Counted from the whole stretch's first letter, positions 21,143-31,371 are shown. The stretch: 63,469 bases of DNA, filler included, from 7 parts of 7 records of this genome joined end to end with filler, not necessarily neighbours in it, one strand, 5' to 3'. A program made the numbers and translations. Notes: generated by a model from the sequence alone, not told the origin.

Positions 21143-22170
21143 GTCAGCAGATAAGTTATCGCAGCCCTACGTATTACGAAACCGTCAATCCCGAAAGCAC
21201 TAACTGGAGGGATTTTCGAGATGAAAAATACCGGAATTACCGAAAACAATGGGAAGAGCGGCCCAGGATTCAATATCACGGCGATTTCCCGCTTCATATT
21301 GATATCGACCCTACAAACGCCTGCAACCTGCGCTGCACCATGTGCCCGAGGACCCATTATCTGAATTCGAACAACAGCAAGTGGGCGCCCGGAGGCAAGA
21401 TCGGCTTCATGGAATGGAAGCTCTTCACCAGGGTAATAGATATGGCCGGTGAAGGCGGGGCTTATTCCGTAAAGCTGAATTATCTTGGCGAACCTCTTTT
21501 GCATCCTGATGTGGTCGAACAGGTGCGGCATGCCAAAAGGTGCGGGCTTGAAGTAATGATGAATACCAATGCCACGCTTTTGACGGAAGAAATGTCCTTG
21601 AATCTTTTGGAAGCGGGGCTGGATGACGTTTTCTTTTCCGTGGATTCCCCATACGCAAAGGAATACGAGGCGATAAGGATCGGGGCGAATTTCGAACAGG
21701 TGATCCGCAACATTGAAACGTTTGTAAAAACCAGGGACAGGCTCGGGTTAAAGCATGTGCAGACCAGGGTCAGCATGGTTGAAGGCTTGTCCGGGGACGA
21801 TGTTTTAAAGAAGCGGGAAGACTTTCGAAATCTTTTTTACGGCCTGGGAGTGGCGGAGACCGGTTTTGGTCTGGCCACGGACATGGAGACTGATTACTGG
21901 GCCGAATACGGTTTTATTCCGGGATTTTCCTGCCCGGATATATACACCAGGATGTTCGTATACTGGGATGGCAAGGTCGGTCCCTGCTGCGGCGAATGGG
22001 AGCGCGGGCTCCTGTTGGGCGACGCATTTGAAATGGATTTGGGAGATATCTGGTTAAGCGACAGGTATAGAGTTTTGCGCAAGGCCCATGAAGAAGGTCG
22101 ATATCATGCGATTGATATTTGCCGAAAGTGCAGCGTGCCCTGGCTTTCGACCCGGGAGATTGAAACATGA
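21139..22170 (+). CDS. Radical SAM/SPASM-twitch protein
   Basis: CNLRCTMC, GEPLLH, CPD...GPCC...CRKC; ATGA overlap with the previous gene. Confidence 0.9.
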   Translation: MSQQISYRSPTYYETVNPESTNWRDFRDEKYRNYRKQWEERPRIQYHGDFPLHIDIDPTNACNLRCTMCPRTHYLNSNNSKWAPGGKIGFMEWKLFTRVIDMAGEGGAYSVKLNYLGEPLLHPDVVEQVRHAKRCGLEVMMNTNATLLTEEMSLNLLEAGLDDVFFSVDSPYAKEYEAIRIGANFEQVIRNIETFVKTRDRLGLKHVQTRVSMVEGLSGDDVLKKREDFRNLFYGLGVAETGFGLATDMETDYWAEYGFIPGFSCPDIYTRMFVYWDGKVGPCCGEWERGLLLGDAFEMDLGDIWLSDRYRVLRKAHEEGRYHAIDICRKCSVPWLSTREIET

Positions 22171-23222
22171 ACACGGCGACCAAAGTTGAAGCAAACAACG
22201 AAGCCTATATAAAGGCGGATTCGACTTTGAGGGCCGTGCTGGTCGGAAAAAGGCATGATCCGGACAGAGTCATGTTGGAAGCTTTTGGCCGAAAATATAC
22301 CGATTACCGTAAAAAGTGGGAGGCGGCGGGCCGATTTGAATTGGAGCCCGACTGGCCTTTGCATTTGGATGTGGACACGAATTATTCATGCAACCTGAAG
22401 TGCATAATGTGTCCCCAGGGAACAACCGGCTTTCCAGTGGAATACGGATTGAAGAACCTGGATTTGGAACTATACCGTAGGGTGATCAAGGAAGGCGCGC
22501 CAAGGGGTCTGGCCTCCGTTAGGCTGGGTATAACAGGCGAGCCCCTGATGAGAAAGGATATTTTTGATTTTATAGATATCGCCGCGGACGCCGGCATTGT
22601 CGACATAATGCTGATTACGAACGGCCTGCTTCTGTCCGACAATATTGCCGCGAGATTAGTCGAGTCGGGCGTGACCAGGCTGCAGGTTTCCCTGGATGCC
22701 ATTAGTGATGAAACTTATCGGATCATAAGGCCGGGCGGGGATTTAAGAGCGGTTGTCAAAAATGTTCTGAATTTCCTGGACCATAGAAATTCTCTTAATC
22801 AAAAGCTGCCATTACTCAGGGTCAGCTTTGTGAAAATGCGGCAAAACATTTCGGAACTGAAGGCGTTCAGTGAATTCTGGGATGAAAGAGCCGATTATAT
22901 TAGTTTTCAGGAGTACGCCAACATACTGGAAAAGCGGGACACAGCGTTTTTCAGCGGCGTGCGTCCGAAGGTAAAGAATTTCAAATGTCCGGATCCCTGG
23001 CAGAGAATGAGCCTTTTTGTAAACGGGGATCTGTTTCCATGCTGTTCGGATTTCGGTCGTCTGGATCCGATAGGAAATATCTCTGACCAGTCGGTCGAAC
23101 AAGCGTGGAAGTCGGATAATGCGCGGAAATTGAGAAAGCTGCATATTGAGGGCCGTTGGCATGATAACCCGGTGTGCCGGCGTTGTGCGGCCAGTTCCAC
23201 TGACGTCGAGGTTTGCGGTTGA
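22167..23222 (+). CDS. Radical SAM/SPASM-twitch protein
   Basis: CNLKCIMC, GEPLM, TNG, CPDPW...PCC...CRRC; ATGA overlap with the previous gene. Confidence 0.9.
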   Translation: MNTATKVEANNEAYIKADSTLRAVLVGKRHDPDRVMLEAFGRKYTDYRKKWEAAGRFELEPDWPLHLDVDTNYSCNLKCIMCPQGTTGFPVEYGLKNLDLELYRRVIKEGAPRGLASVRLGITGEPLMRKDIFDFIDIAADAGIVDIMLITNGLLLSDNIAARLVESGVTRLQVSLDAISDETYRIIRPGGDLRAVVKNVLNFLDHRNSLNQKLPLLRVSFVKMRQNISELKAFSEFWDERADYISFQEYANILEKRDTAFFSGVRPKVKNFKCPDPWQRMSLFVNGDLFPCCSDFGRLDPIGNISDQSVEQAWKSDNARKLRKLHIEGRWHDNPVCRRCAASSTDVEVCG

Positions 23223-24753
23223 TGAATATACTTTTATTGGGCAGCAACTACTTTGAAAAAGCCCTGACAGGGATGGGGCGCCAAGTCGTGCATGTGGGCG
23301 CGGATTCCGATCCCGATCCTTTTCTGCCCGATTTAATTTCCGGACTGAAGAACAAGCCCGACGTGGTCGTTTTGACGGACGATCTTGGACGGCGCATGAT
23401 TCCCGACGGATTGTATGAGATTGATATTCCAAAAATCTGGTACGCGGTTGACAGCCCCATAAATCATTTCTGGCAAAAGCATTACGCGGGCCTGTTTGAT
23501 TACGTGTTTGTGGACCAGAAGGACCAGGCCGCGTCCCTGAATGAAGCAGCGCCGTGCGGGGCGGGCTGGCTGCCGGTGGGTATTGATACTTCTATTTACA
23601 GGTCCAAAAGGCAAGGCAAGGTGCATGACCTGGCTTTTGTCGGGGAAATTGACGATCGGGTCCGACCCAAGAGGTCGAGGATAATAAGGCTGCTTTCGGA
23701 GAGGTTTGATGTTTTCACTGCCGGGGGCAGGAATGGTCGGTGGGTGGCCCCTGTGGAAGCTGCGAAAATATACGGGCGGTCCCGGCTTGTTTTGAATGAG
23801 AATCTTTTTCCCGGCGTGACCACTCGTATGCTTGAAGCCATGGCTTCGGGAACCATGCTCCTGACCGAAAGTACCGGAAACGGGATTTCAGACCTGTTTG
23901 TTGACGGAGAAGATTTAGCCTTGTTCGGACCCGGGGATTTAATTGAACGGGCGGAATATTACATCGGGCGCAAAGAAGAAAGAGAAAACATAGCGGCGCG
24001 CGGCAGGGAAAAGGCGCTTGCGCTTCATGACATCAGGAATCGGGCCATGGAATTGGTCCGGGCCGCGGATCGGATCGGCAGAGGATCGCAACCGGACCAT
24101 GGAACCTTTTTAAGAAAGCAGGGCAAGGTTTTATTTTTAACCGGTTTGCGCAAGCCCGGTCAGAACGGCTGGGCCAGGATACTTGAAGGCGAAAAACAGA
24201 TGGTTGCATCCCGGAGCCTGGGAGCGGCGGATGCTGAAGCCCTGTTATTCATGGGCGGGATTGCGGCCATGAAATCGGCCGTGGACGGTTTAAGCATTCT
24301 TCCCGCTATCAGCAAAATGAACGAATCCGTCGATATGGGAAGCCTGCGGGCGAGATTGGCCCTGGCTATTATTGAACTTGGGGCGGCAAGACATTCATGG
24401 GCCGCGGATCATTTTCGGAAAGCGGCCGATATATACGGTCTGGGTTTTCCACCCGGTTTGGGCAATGGACTGAATGCGGATCACCATTTTGCCATTGGAA
24501 AAATATTGGAAAAGGCCGGGCATGAGTTGGAGCCCGGATTTTCAAAAATTGGTTTGAGCATGATGTTCTGGAATGCAGCCGAACATTATCAGGCCGCGTT
24601 GAAGATTAATCCCGATCACGTCCCGGCTTTGCAAGGGCTGGGAGAAATTTTGATAAACAAAGGCGCTTTTGTGGAAGCATATCCATTTTTGCGAAAGGCC
24701 GCGGTTTTACGGCCCGGAAACGCGGATCTGGCGGAGGCTTGCGCATTGGCGGA
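23222..24753 (+). CDS. Glycosyltransferase (CgeB/GT-B-like) with C-terminal TPRs (3' partial)
   Basis: TGATG overlap. Motifs DLAFVG, SRLVLNE, RMLEAMASG and ERENIAARGRE; TPR-like YQAALKINPDH. Confidence 0.8.
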
Positions 24754-24853
24754 NNNNNNNNNNNNNNNNNNNNNNNNNNNNNNNNNNNNNNNNNNNNTTA
24801 ATTAATTAANNNNNNNNNNNNNNNNNNNNNNNNNNNNNNNNNNNNNNNNNNNN
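24754..24853. other. Artificial contig spacer
   Basis: N44-TTAATTAATTAA-N44. Confidence 0.98.
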
Positions 24854-24869
24854 CAAAAAGGTTCGAAGA

Positions 24870-25012
24870 CGTCATTGCGATCCCAATGCAATCGGGAGAA
24901 GCAACCGACTGAAAGGAGCTCAACGAAGTTAATCTAGTACAAGTATGCACGAGATTGCTTCGTCGCCATCTCCTTCGCTAAAGCTTCGGCGAACTGGCTC
25001 CTCGCAATGACG
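24870..25012. repeat. REP-like palindromic element (GTCATTGCGA...TCGCAATGAC type)
   Basis: Terminal inverted arms CGTCATTGCGA/TCGCAATGACG, inner arms GAAGCAA/TTGCTTC, and a nested TTCGCTAAAGCTTCGGCGAA hairpin. Confidence 0.65.
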
Positions 25013-25034
25013 GAGAATTCTATTGTTTACTGAA

Positions 25035-26240
25035 TTAAAACATAACTCCAAAACCGGTGTTGAATAAGTATTTTGTATCTGCGTCCGTTCCGTCGCTAAA
25101 GAATTGCATGTCTGTTTTTAAAACTGCTCCCTTTGCAATCTGGAAGGTTAATCCGGTTGTAATTACATTGCGGTTATATGCATCATTTTTCGTGTATGGA
25201 TCTTCCATTGCCGCATGGGTATTGTAGTTTGAGTAGCGCACAAATGGTACAAGCTTTTTATTTGTATTGGAGAATAAACGTAGCACATTGTACCCAGCTT
25301 CAGCATAATAGCCCATCATGGCGCTTCCCAAATCGTTTGGTGTTCCATCTATATCTGTTGTAAACTCATTGTACTGATCTGTATTGCTTAAGCCTGCGTA
25401 ATAAAACTGTCCGCGTAGCTCAAGTCCATGATATTGATATCTGGCATCAAGTCCAATCATTGAAATGCCAATAGCAGAAGAATCAGCAGTACTCATGGCC
25501 GCGTCATCATTTCTAGCAACACCATCATATAGCATGCTTTGTGATTTCCCAAAATATCCTGAAAGTCCCACATTTAATCCTCTGATTCCGTAGTATTCAA
25601 CTTTACCCGTAAAGTTTGCTGAGCTAATGTATGATTCAATTCCCTTTTGGCGACCACCTCGGAAACCGCTGCTGCCATTAAAGTTGGCTTCACCATCGTA
25701 ACCGTTAAATCCGTTCACAACGTATGCCTGATACCGAAGTGAGGCAGGTAGAATATCTCCAGTAAATCCTAACCCAATTTCTCTCCATGTTGAAGGAGTA
25801 ATGTATTTATCCACCATTGGACGCTCTACACCATTAAATGTGGTTGGTTCGTGATATTCATTTACAAGACCCATTGGAATTAATACTAAACCGGATCTGA
25901 AGTTTATAAAATCATTGATTTTATATTGTAACCAGGCTTGCTCAATATAAACTTCTTCAACATGTTCAAATTCAACTTCTGTTACAAATTGGGTGCGGTC
26001 GTTAAATTGGTATCCGAATAGCAGAACTACTCTGTGTACATCCAATTTTCCGTTCTGACGCACATCGCCGTCTAGCGGCTGATTGTAATGCACTTCACCA
26101 TAACCACCAATTTTTAATTTCCCATCGGTTTGGATTAGTTTTTCTGCACTATTTACATAAACATTTGTGCTGTCTTTTTGAGCAATACTTGTAAAGGCAA
26201 ATGCCAATGTTAAAATGAGCGTGAATGTAATTTTTTGCAT
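25035..26240 (-). CDS. Outer-membrane beta-barrel (porin-like) protein
   Basis: Signal peptide, IGGYGEVHYN, EVEFEH, alternating beta-strands, C-terminal Phe (GFGVMF). Confidence 0.7.
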   Translation of the reverse strand: MQKITFTLILTLAFAFTSIAQKDSTNVYVNSAEKLIQTDGKLKIGGYGEVHYNQPLDGDVRQNGKLDVHRVVLLFGYQFNDRTQFVTEVEFEHVEEVYIEQAWLQYKINDFINFRSGLVLIPMGLVNEYHEPTTFNGVERPMVDKYITPSTWREIGLGFTGDILPASLRYQAYVVNGFNGYDGEANFNGSSGFRGGRQKGIESYISSANFTGKVEYYGIRGLNVGLSGYFGKSQSMLYDGVARNDDAAMSTADSSAIGISMIGLDARYQYHGLELRGQFYYAGLSNTDQYNEFTTDIDGTPNDLGSAMMGYYAEAGYNVLRLFSNTNKKLVPFVRYSNYNTHAAMEDPYTKNDAYNRNVITTGLTFQIAKGAVLKTDMQFFSDGTDADTKYLFNTGFGVMF

Positions 26241-26383
26241 CGTTCTATTTCTTTTTATTTAGATTCAATTAACATTGGCAAAAATAGAACCGGAGCTACA
26301 ATTTTGAAATCCCTATTTGTTGGGATATTTTATTTCAAGTGTGGATTTTGGAAGAAAAGATATTTGGTAAATGTAAATTGAGG

Positions 26384-26950
26384 TTAGTTGAGAATTGTAT
26401 GCTCAAGGAGAATTTTAATTCCAAGGCCAATCAGAACAAGTCCTCCGATAATCTCGAGTTTGAAGTTAAGTTTGTGTCCAATATGATGCCCCACATATAT
26501 TCCTGAGATACTAAACACAAACGTTGTAATACCTATTATTATGGCCGGAATCCAAATGGTGTCTCCTAACAAGCCAATTCCTATTCCCACAATTAATGCA
26601 TCTATACTTGTAGCAAGAGCCATACCTGCAAGCATTAAATGTTGTGAAGGGCAAAAGCAGGATTCTTCGTTTTCTTTTTTGGTGATTCCTTCATATATCA
26701 TTTTACCTCCAATGGCCAATAGTAATATAAATGCCACCCAATGATCGTAAGCTACAATTACGTTTTTAAAACCATTTCCAATAAACCAACCAACAATAGG
26801 TAATGTACCCTGAAAAACAGCCATGTAAATTGCCACCTTTAATCCATCAGCTAATCTGACTTTTTTGAGGCAAACACCAGTACTTACGCTTGCGGCTAAA
26901 CTGTCTACAGATAAACCAATGGCTAATATTAGAATGGCGAGAAAGGACAT
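26384..26950 (-). CDS. mntP: Manganese efflux pump MntP family
   Basis: AIGLSVDSLA and ATSIDAL repeated motifs, DHWVAF, EIIGGLVLIGLGIKIL. Confidence 0.88.
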   Translation of the reverse strand: MSFLAILILAIGLSVDSLAASVSTGVCLKKVRLADGLKVAIYMAVFQGTLPIVGWFIGNGFKNVIVAYDHWVAFILLLAIGGKMIYEGITKKENEESCFCPSQHLMLAGMALATSIDALIVGIGIGLLGDTIWIPAIIIGITTFVFSISGIYVGHHIGHKLNFKLEIIGGLVLIGLGIKILLEHTILN

Positions 26951-27017
26951 TTAATTGATTTTGAAATTAAAAAATGACAAAAATAACACCAATTTCAAAT
27001 TGGGCAATAAATAATGG

Positions 27018-27608
27018 TTAAATCAGCGTTTTAGGGTCGATAGTGTTTGTATCTACAATATTATTAATTATGGCGTATACCGTTAGCCCTGAAATAGATT
27101 TAATTCCTAATTTAGAGGTAATGTTTTTTCGATGAGAAATTACTGTATGTATACTGATATGCAGTTTGTCAGCTATTTCTTTATTGGTAAATCCTTTAGA
27201 AACCTCTCTGAGGACATCCGTTTCCCGGGTAGTTAAATCGTTGTTTTGTTTTTCGCTTTCAGTAACTTCCTGATGTGAAAGATAGGGGTTAATTATATTA
27301 TAATAATCAGTTGGTTCAGTCCAAAGCGATATGGATTCATCATAAAAAGTATTGTTTTCAATGTTTTGATGATTTTTCAGTTGAATTAGTGTGACTGGAA
27401 ATTGTGTGTTGAGGTTGCGAATCTGATTGATCTTTTTTTGATCAGTAGGTTCTGTAAAAACAATCATTTTTTTAGCTTCAGGAAGGTTCGATAAGAACTC
27501 ATCAATGTTAGAAAAAACTAAGATATCCACATTGAAGTATCCTTTTATCACATCTGTTAAACCGCGACAAACAATAGAAGAACCGTGTATAATGATTATT
27601 TTTTTCAA
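27018..27608 (-). CDS. LuxR-type HTH transcriptional regulator
   Basis: LTTRETDVL...GFTNKEIADKLHISIHTVISHRKNITSKL. Confidence 0.88.
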   Translation of the reverse strand: MKKIIIIHGSSIVCRGLTDVIKGYFNVDILVFSNIDEFLSNLPEAKKMIVFTEPTDQKKINQIRNLNTQFPVTLIQLKNHQNIENNTFYDESISLWTEPTDYYNIINPYLSHQEVTESEKQNNDLTTRETDVLREVSKGFTNKEIADKLHISIHTVISHRKNITSKLGIKSISGLTVYAIINNIVDTNTIDPKTLI

Positions 27609-27610
27609 TT

Positions 27611-28300
27611 TTATAAAGAATCTTCAATATTTTTAACCAAAGGGATTAGTAAGTTATCTTCAATACGGGCATGGTCTGCAATATCTTTCTCAAAACGAGT
27701 TAGTTCCAATAAAAACTCATTACCTAAGTTAATATCGTAATTTGGCTTTACATGTCTGATAATAAGGTTTTTAAGGTCGTTTATTTTTTCCTCTACATTG
27801 GTATGTTCCTTTTCAAAAGTCAGAATTGAGAAAGCTTCTTCTTTCGTTTTTTGCTCAACTAATCTGATTACATAAGGGAAAACTCTCGACTCTTCATCTT
27901 CAATATGTGCAATTAGTTCTTTTTTATATTTAAGATAAAATGATTGGATAAGCTTAATCTGGCCGTCGTGGTTTTGACAAGTAGCATTCAGATTTTCAAG
28001 AATATTTTCCAGTTTAGGAAGCGAAATGTTGATATAGTATGCATGAGTTTTTTTTAAATATTCAACCAACTCTTTGGGAGAAAAATCTTTTGGGTTTAAA
28101 TCGTGGAAATAATTAGGGTTTTGATAGGTGTTTACAATAGCTAAAAAGAAATGCATATTTACATTTTCCTCTTTGCATATTTCTTCAATTGTTTTATTTC
28201 CAATACCCAATGCAATATTAAATCGGTTTATTACCGGCAACAGTTGTGGGTTTGATTGAATCATTATCGCAAGAGAATCTGTTTGTTTAAAAAGTGTCAT
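27611..28300 (-). CDS. Hemerythrin-like (ScdA/Ric-type) metal-binding protein
   Basis: KTIEEIC N-domain; YLKKTHAYY, HIEDEE, KEH and HARIED metal ligands. Confidence 0.8.
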   Translation of the reverse strand: MTLFKQTDSLAIMIQSNPQLLPVINRFNIALGIGNKTIEEICKEENVNMHFFLAIVNTYQNPNYFHDLNPKDFSPKELVEYLKKTHAYYINISLPKLENILENLNATCQNHDGQIKLIQSFYLKYKKELIAHIEDEESRVFPYVIRLVEQKTKEEAFSILTFEKEHTNVEEKINDLKNLIIRHVKPNYDINLGNEFLLELTRFEKDIADHARIEDNLLIPLVKNIEDSL

Positions 28301-28316
28301 AATGGTGTTAAAATGC

Positions 28317-28350
28317 AAAAGCGATTCCAAATTTTCAGAATCGCTTTTTT
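28317..28350 (-). terminator. Likely intrinsic terminator after the sulfur operon
   Basis: AAAAGCGATTC-N10-GAATCGCTTTT inverted repeat with A/T tails. Confidence 0.6.
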
Positions 28351-28374
28351 ATTCTTAAAAATTATAATACAAAA

Positions 28375-28875
28375 TTACGTAAAAATAATTTGAGTGTTTT
28401 CTCCACCGGCTTTTTCATAGAATTGACCAATAGTCAATACATCACTTACCTCTTCATGTAAGTCATCTTTGGTTAGTTTGAACATGTCCATGGCCAATTT
28501 ACAAGCATAAATTTCACCGCCACCGGCTGTAATCATTTCAAGGAACTCATCTACCGGTGGAATGTCTAATGCATCCATTTGCTTGCGCATCATGGAAGAA
28601 ACTCCTGCCTCAACACCTGGAATAGATCCCAGCCAGGTTGGAAACTGCATTCCATTTGGCATTCGCATTCCCGGATTACCAACAGTTGCAGTGTGTAACT
28701 TGTTCATGCGTTTTTTAGTGATAGCATCGAGCCCGAAGAATGTAAAAAACACATTTGCTTCGATACCTTCCATTACCGCACCATTGGCCATAACCAATGT
28801 GGCATATACGTCCTCTAAATTTGCTTTGGCACAAATTATACAGACTTTCTTTAAAGGTTTATCTTGTGTGGTCAT
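28375..28875 (-). CDS. DsrE/DsrF-like (DsrE2-type) sulfurtransferase
   Basis: VFFTFFGLDAI and IYACKLAMDMF (conserved Cys), terminal IIFT. Confidence 0.85.
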   Translation of the reverse strand: MTTQDKPLKKVCIICAKANLEDVYATLVMANGAVMEGIEANVFFTFFGLDAITKKRMNKLHTATVGNPGMRMPNGMQFPTWLGSIPGVEAGVSSMMRKQMDALDIPPVDEFLEMITAGGGEIYACKLAMDMFKLTKDDLHEEVSDVLTIGQFYEKAGGENTQIIFT

Positions 28876-28988
28876 AATATTAATTTGAAGTTATAAGAAT
28901 TAGTCTCGGCGTGAATACTAGTTAATTGTTTGATTCAGATGAAACTATTGTTTCCAAATTTCAATTCACACCGAGACTTACTGATTCA

Positions 28989-29300
28989 TTAAACGCAACT
29001 TGCAGGTTTTGGTATTCCGGCAAATTTGGATGAGAATTTTAATGGCCCGCCTGGAAATAATTGATACAGTCCTTTAATGTCTGTAATACCTGATTTTCCT
29101 ACTTTACGAATAGTTAAAGGCTCTCCGGCGGCATGTTTTTCACGTAAGTATTCCAATACTTCGTAGTGCTTTTCAGTGAGCTCAATACCGTCTTCTTTTG
29201 CTAATTCTGCTGCTACTTCACGTGTCCATTCTTCTGGGTTAGTCATATAACCTTCGTCGTTTACCTGTACTGTTTTACCAGCGATTTCTTTTTCTGCCAT
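28989..29300 (-). CDS. TusE/DsrC-family sulfur carrier with a single C-terminal Cys
   Basis: EGYMTNPEEWT, LTEKHYEVLEYLR, LFPGGP, terminal AGIPKPASCV. The second Cys of true DsrC is absent. Confidence 0.88.
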   Translation of the reverse strand: MAEKEIAGKTVQVNDEGYMTNPEEWTREVAAELAKEDGIELTEKHYEVLEYLREKHAAGEPLTIRKVGKSGITDIKGLYQLFPGGPLKFSSKFAGIPKPASCV

Positions 29301-29370
29301 GCTTTTAATTTTTTATTGATTATTGATTATTTTTTAATGTTTAATTGATCTGTGATCTTGGATCATTCTA

Positions 29371-29453
29371 TTTACTTAATTACTCAATTACTTATTTAAC
29401 TTAATCACTTATTCAACTCAATCACTCAATCAACTTATTCAACTAATTACTAA
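29371..29453. repeat. Degenerate 8-9 nt tandem repeat (about 10 units)
   Basis: ttacttaa/ttactcaa/ttacttat/ttaacttaa/tcacttat/tcaactcaa/tcactcaa/tcaacttat/tcaactaa/ttactaa. Confidence 0.6.
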
Positions 29454-30121
29454 GTCTTCGTTTGATTCGCAATGTTTTTCAAAAAAGTGACTGCAAATCC
29501 AAGCGCTTTTTTCATTTCGGGTTTGTTTAGTTCGCGCATGAGTTTCCAGATGGAATATTCCGGCGCATTATCTATCTCCATGCTTTGGTATACCTTAACT
29601 GCATTGTTTACCGCACCCAGCATTTCTGGTTGGGTAAGGTTCTTAACGGTTTGGAGAATCGTGGCAATATTATCGGCTAATTGCACCACGTCGTCTTTTG
29701 AGAAATTGGTTACAATGTTGTCAATCACATCTCCAAAGGCTGCAAAGAATTCGAAATAACCTTTTTGCTCAAAGGTGTGAAGCTTTTTGGTGGCTTCTAT
29801 TATCATTTCATTGACAATAGGTCCTGCATCTTTTGCCAAATCGTTGGCACTTTCGAATAGTGATACTACGTTGCCAATATTCTCAATATTTTTGATGAGT
29901 TTTACCACGATGATTTTCAATGCATCCGGGTCAATGGAAACTTGTTGGTTCTCGAGCTCCTCTACTGAAGAGTCATATATCTCTTTCCCCACTATAGACA
30001 GGTCTTTCACAAGGTCCTCCACAGCTTCTGCTTTTAGTCGCTGCTGATTCACATTGTCCAGAATCAGGTCCATTTTGTGGTTCAATTCATTTATTTGTGT
30101 TTGTATGCTTTGATCTTCCAT
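29450..30121 (-). CDS. DUF1641-family protein
   Basis: Helical protein ending SIWKLMRELNKPEMKKALGF; adjacent to an SQR-like gene. Confidence 0.8.
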   Translation of the reverse strand: MEDQSIQTQINELNHKMDLILDNVNQQRLKAEAVEDLVKDLSIVGKEIYDSSVEELENQQVSIDPDALKIIVVKLIKNIENIGNVVSLFESANDLAKDAGPIVNEMIIEATKKLHTFEQKGYFEFFAAFGDVIDNIVTNFSKDDVVQLADNIATILQTVKNLTQPEMLGAVNNAVKVYQSMEIDNAPEYSIWKLMRELNKPEMKKALGFAVTFLKNIANQTKT

Positions 30122-30132
30122 GGTTTTAGGTT

Positions 30133-31371
30133 TTACAGGTTCACTTTTTTCTTACCGGCCATCGTCATATCTGCTTCAATTGGCATCTCTTTGCCGCGGA
30201 GTAAAATATGCCAGTATATCCAGCGGAACATGATTTTTCCGTAGTGGTTTATGCGTGTGTTTTTTAGTAATCCAAAAGGCCCAATACCAGGCAACGGGAA
30301 TGTTCCCGGAAGGGGTTCTGTATCGTAGTTAAAATCAATCAACGCACCTTTTCCGTGTCCTGTTTCGATATAGCAATTGGCGTGTCCGTCAAACTTGGCC
30401 AATAATGGTCTGCCTTCGATGGCGCTCATCATGTTATCGAATAAAATTTCTGCTGCAAAGTGCGCTACCGATCCGGCTTTGGATGTGGGAATGTTGGATG
30501 CATCGCCCAATACAAAAATGTTTTCGAATGCTTTGGACTGTAGTGTGTGTTTATCTGTAGGAATAAAGTTAAGATCATCGCCCAATCCACTGCGCTCAAC
30601 CATCTCGTCGCCCATGTTGAGTGGCACAATGGTTAAGGTGTCAAAAGGCACCTCTTTTTCATCATAAGATACCAGTACTTTTCGCTCATTATCAACGCGT
30701 TCAATGTAGAAATCAGGAATTACTTCAATGTTTTTCTCCTTAAGTAACTCACTTAACATTTTAGTGGCTACCGGTTTAGTGAATGCGCCCGGAAGTGGTG
30801 TAACTAACTTAATATTAACTTTGTCGCGCATGCCTTTTTTGGCGAAAAATTCTTCTGCCAGACACACAAATTCAATTGGAGCTACCGGACATTTAAAAGG
30901 TAATTCGGTGATTGCCATTACCAGTGTGCCACCTTCCCAGCTTTTGAAATGACGTTGTAAAGCAACAGCTCCTTCAATAGTATAAAAGTCGAAAATATCT
31001 TTATACCAAAGTTTGTCTTTTAAACCGGGCGTTTCATCAGGTCGGGTTTGTGTTCCTGTTGCAACAATTAAAAAGTCATAATCTAAAATTTTTCCATCTT
31101 CTAAAATCACCTGATTTTTGTCTCCAACAATTTTGTCAATGCCTTTAAAAATTACTTTTACTCCTGCAGGAAAAAAGTCGCTTTTCGATTTTATGACATC
31201 TTGTTTATTATAGGTTCCAAATGGGATAAACAGAAATCCAGGCTGATAGTAATGGGTTTTATGCTTGTCAACAATCGTAATTTCCCACTCCTCGCGGTCC
31301 AATGCTTTGCGAAGCTTGTTAGCCATCATTGTTCCGGCTGTTCCTCCGCCTAGTATTAATATTTTCTTCAT
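30133..31371 (-). CDS. sqr: Sulfide:quinone oxidoreductase-like flavoprotein (probably type III)
   Basis: GGGTAG, HYYQPGFLF, FKCPVAP and ANCYIETG (the two redox Cys), LGDA...SKAGS. Confidence 0.82.
   Translation of the reverse strand: MKKILILGGGTAGTMMANKLRKALDREEWEITIVDKHKTHYYQPGFLFIPFGTYNKQDVIKSKSDFFPAGVKVIFKGIDKIVGDKNQVILEDGKILDYDFLIVATGTQTRPDETPGLKDKLWYKDIFDFYTIEGAVALQRHFKSWEGGTLVMAITELPFKCPVAPIEFVCLAEEFFAKKGMRDKVNIKLVTPLPGAFTKPVATKMLSELLKEKNIEVIPDFYIERVDNERKVLVSYDEKEVPFDTLTIVPLNMGDEMVERSGLGDDLNFIPTDKHTLQSKAFENIFVLGDASNIPTSKAGSVAHFAAEILFDNMMSAIEGRPLLAKFDGHANCYIETGHGKGALIDFNYDTEPLPGTFPLPGIGPFGLLKNTRINHYGKIMFRWIYWHILLRGKEMPIEADMTMAGKKKVNL

Noticed and set aside
19426-23222. RiPP biosynthetic cluster
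   Set aside because: No precursor peptide, RRE/PqqD domain, peptidase or exporter is visible, and the neighbour is a glycosyltransferase.
28989-29300. DsrC as a marker of dissimilatory sulfate reduction
   Set aside because: Only the terminal Cys is present and there is no dsrAB, so it is TusE-like.
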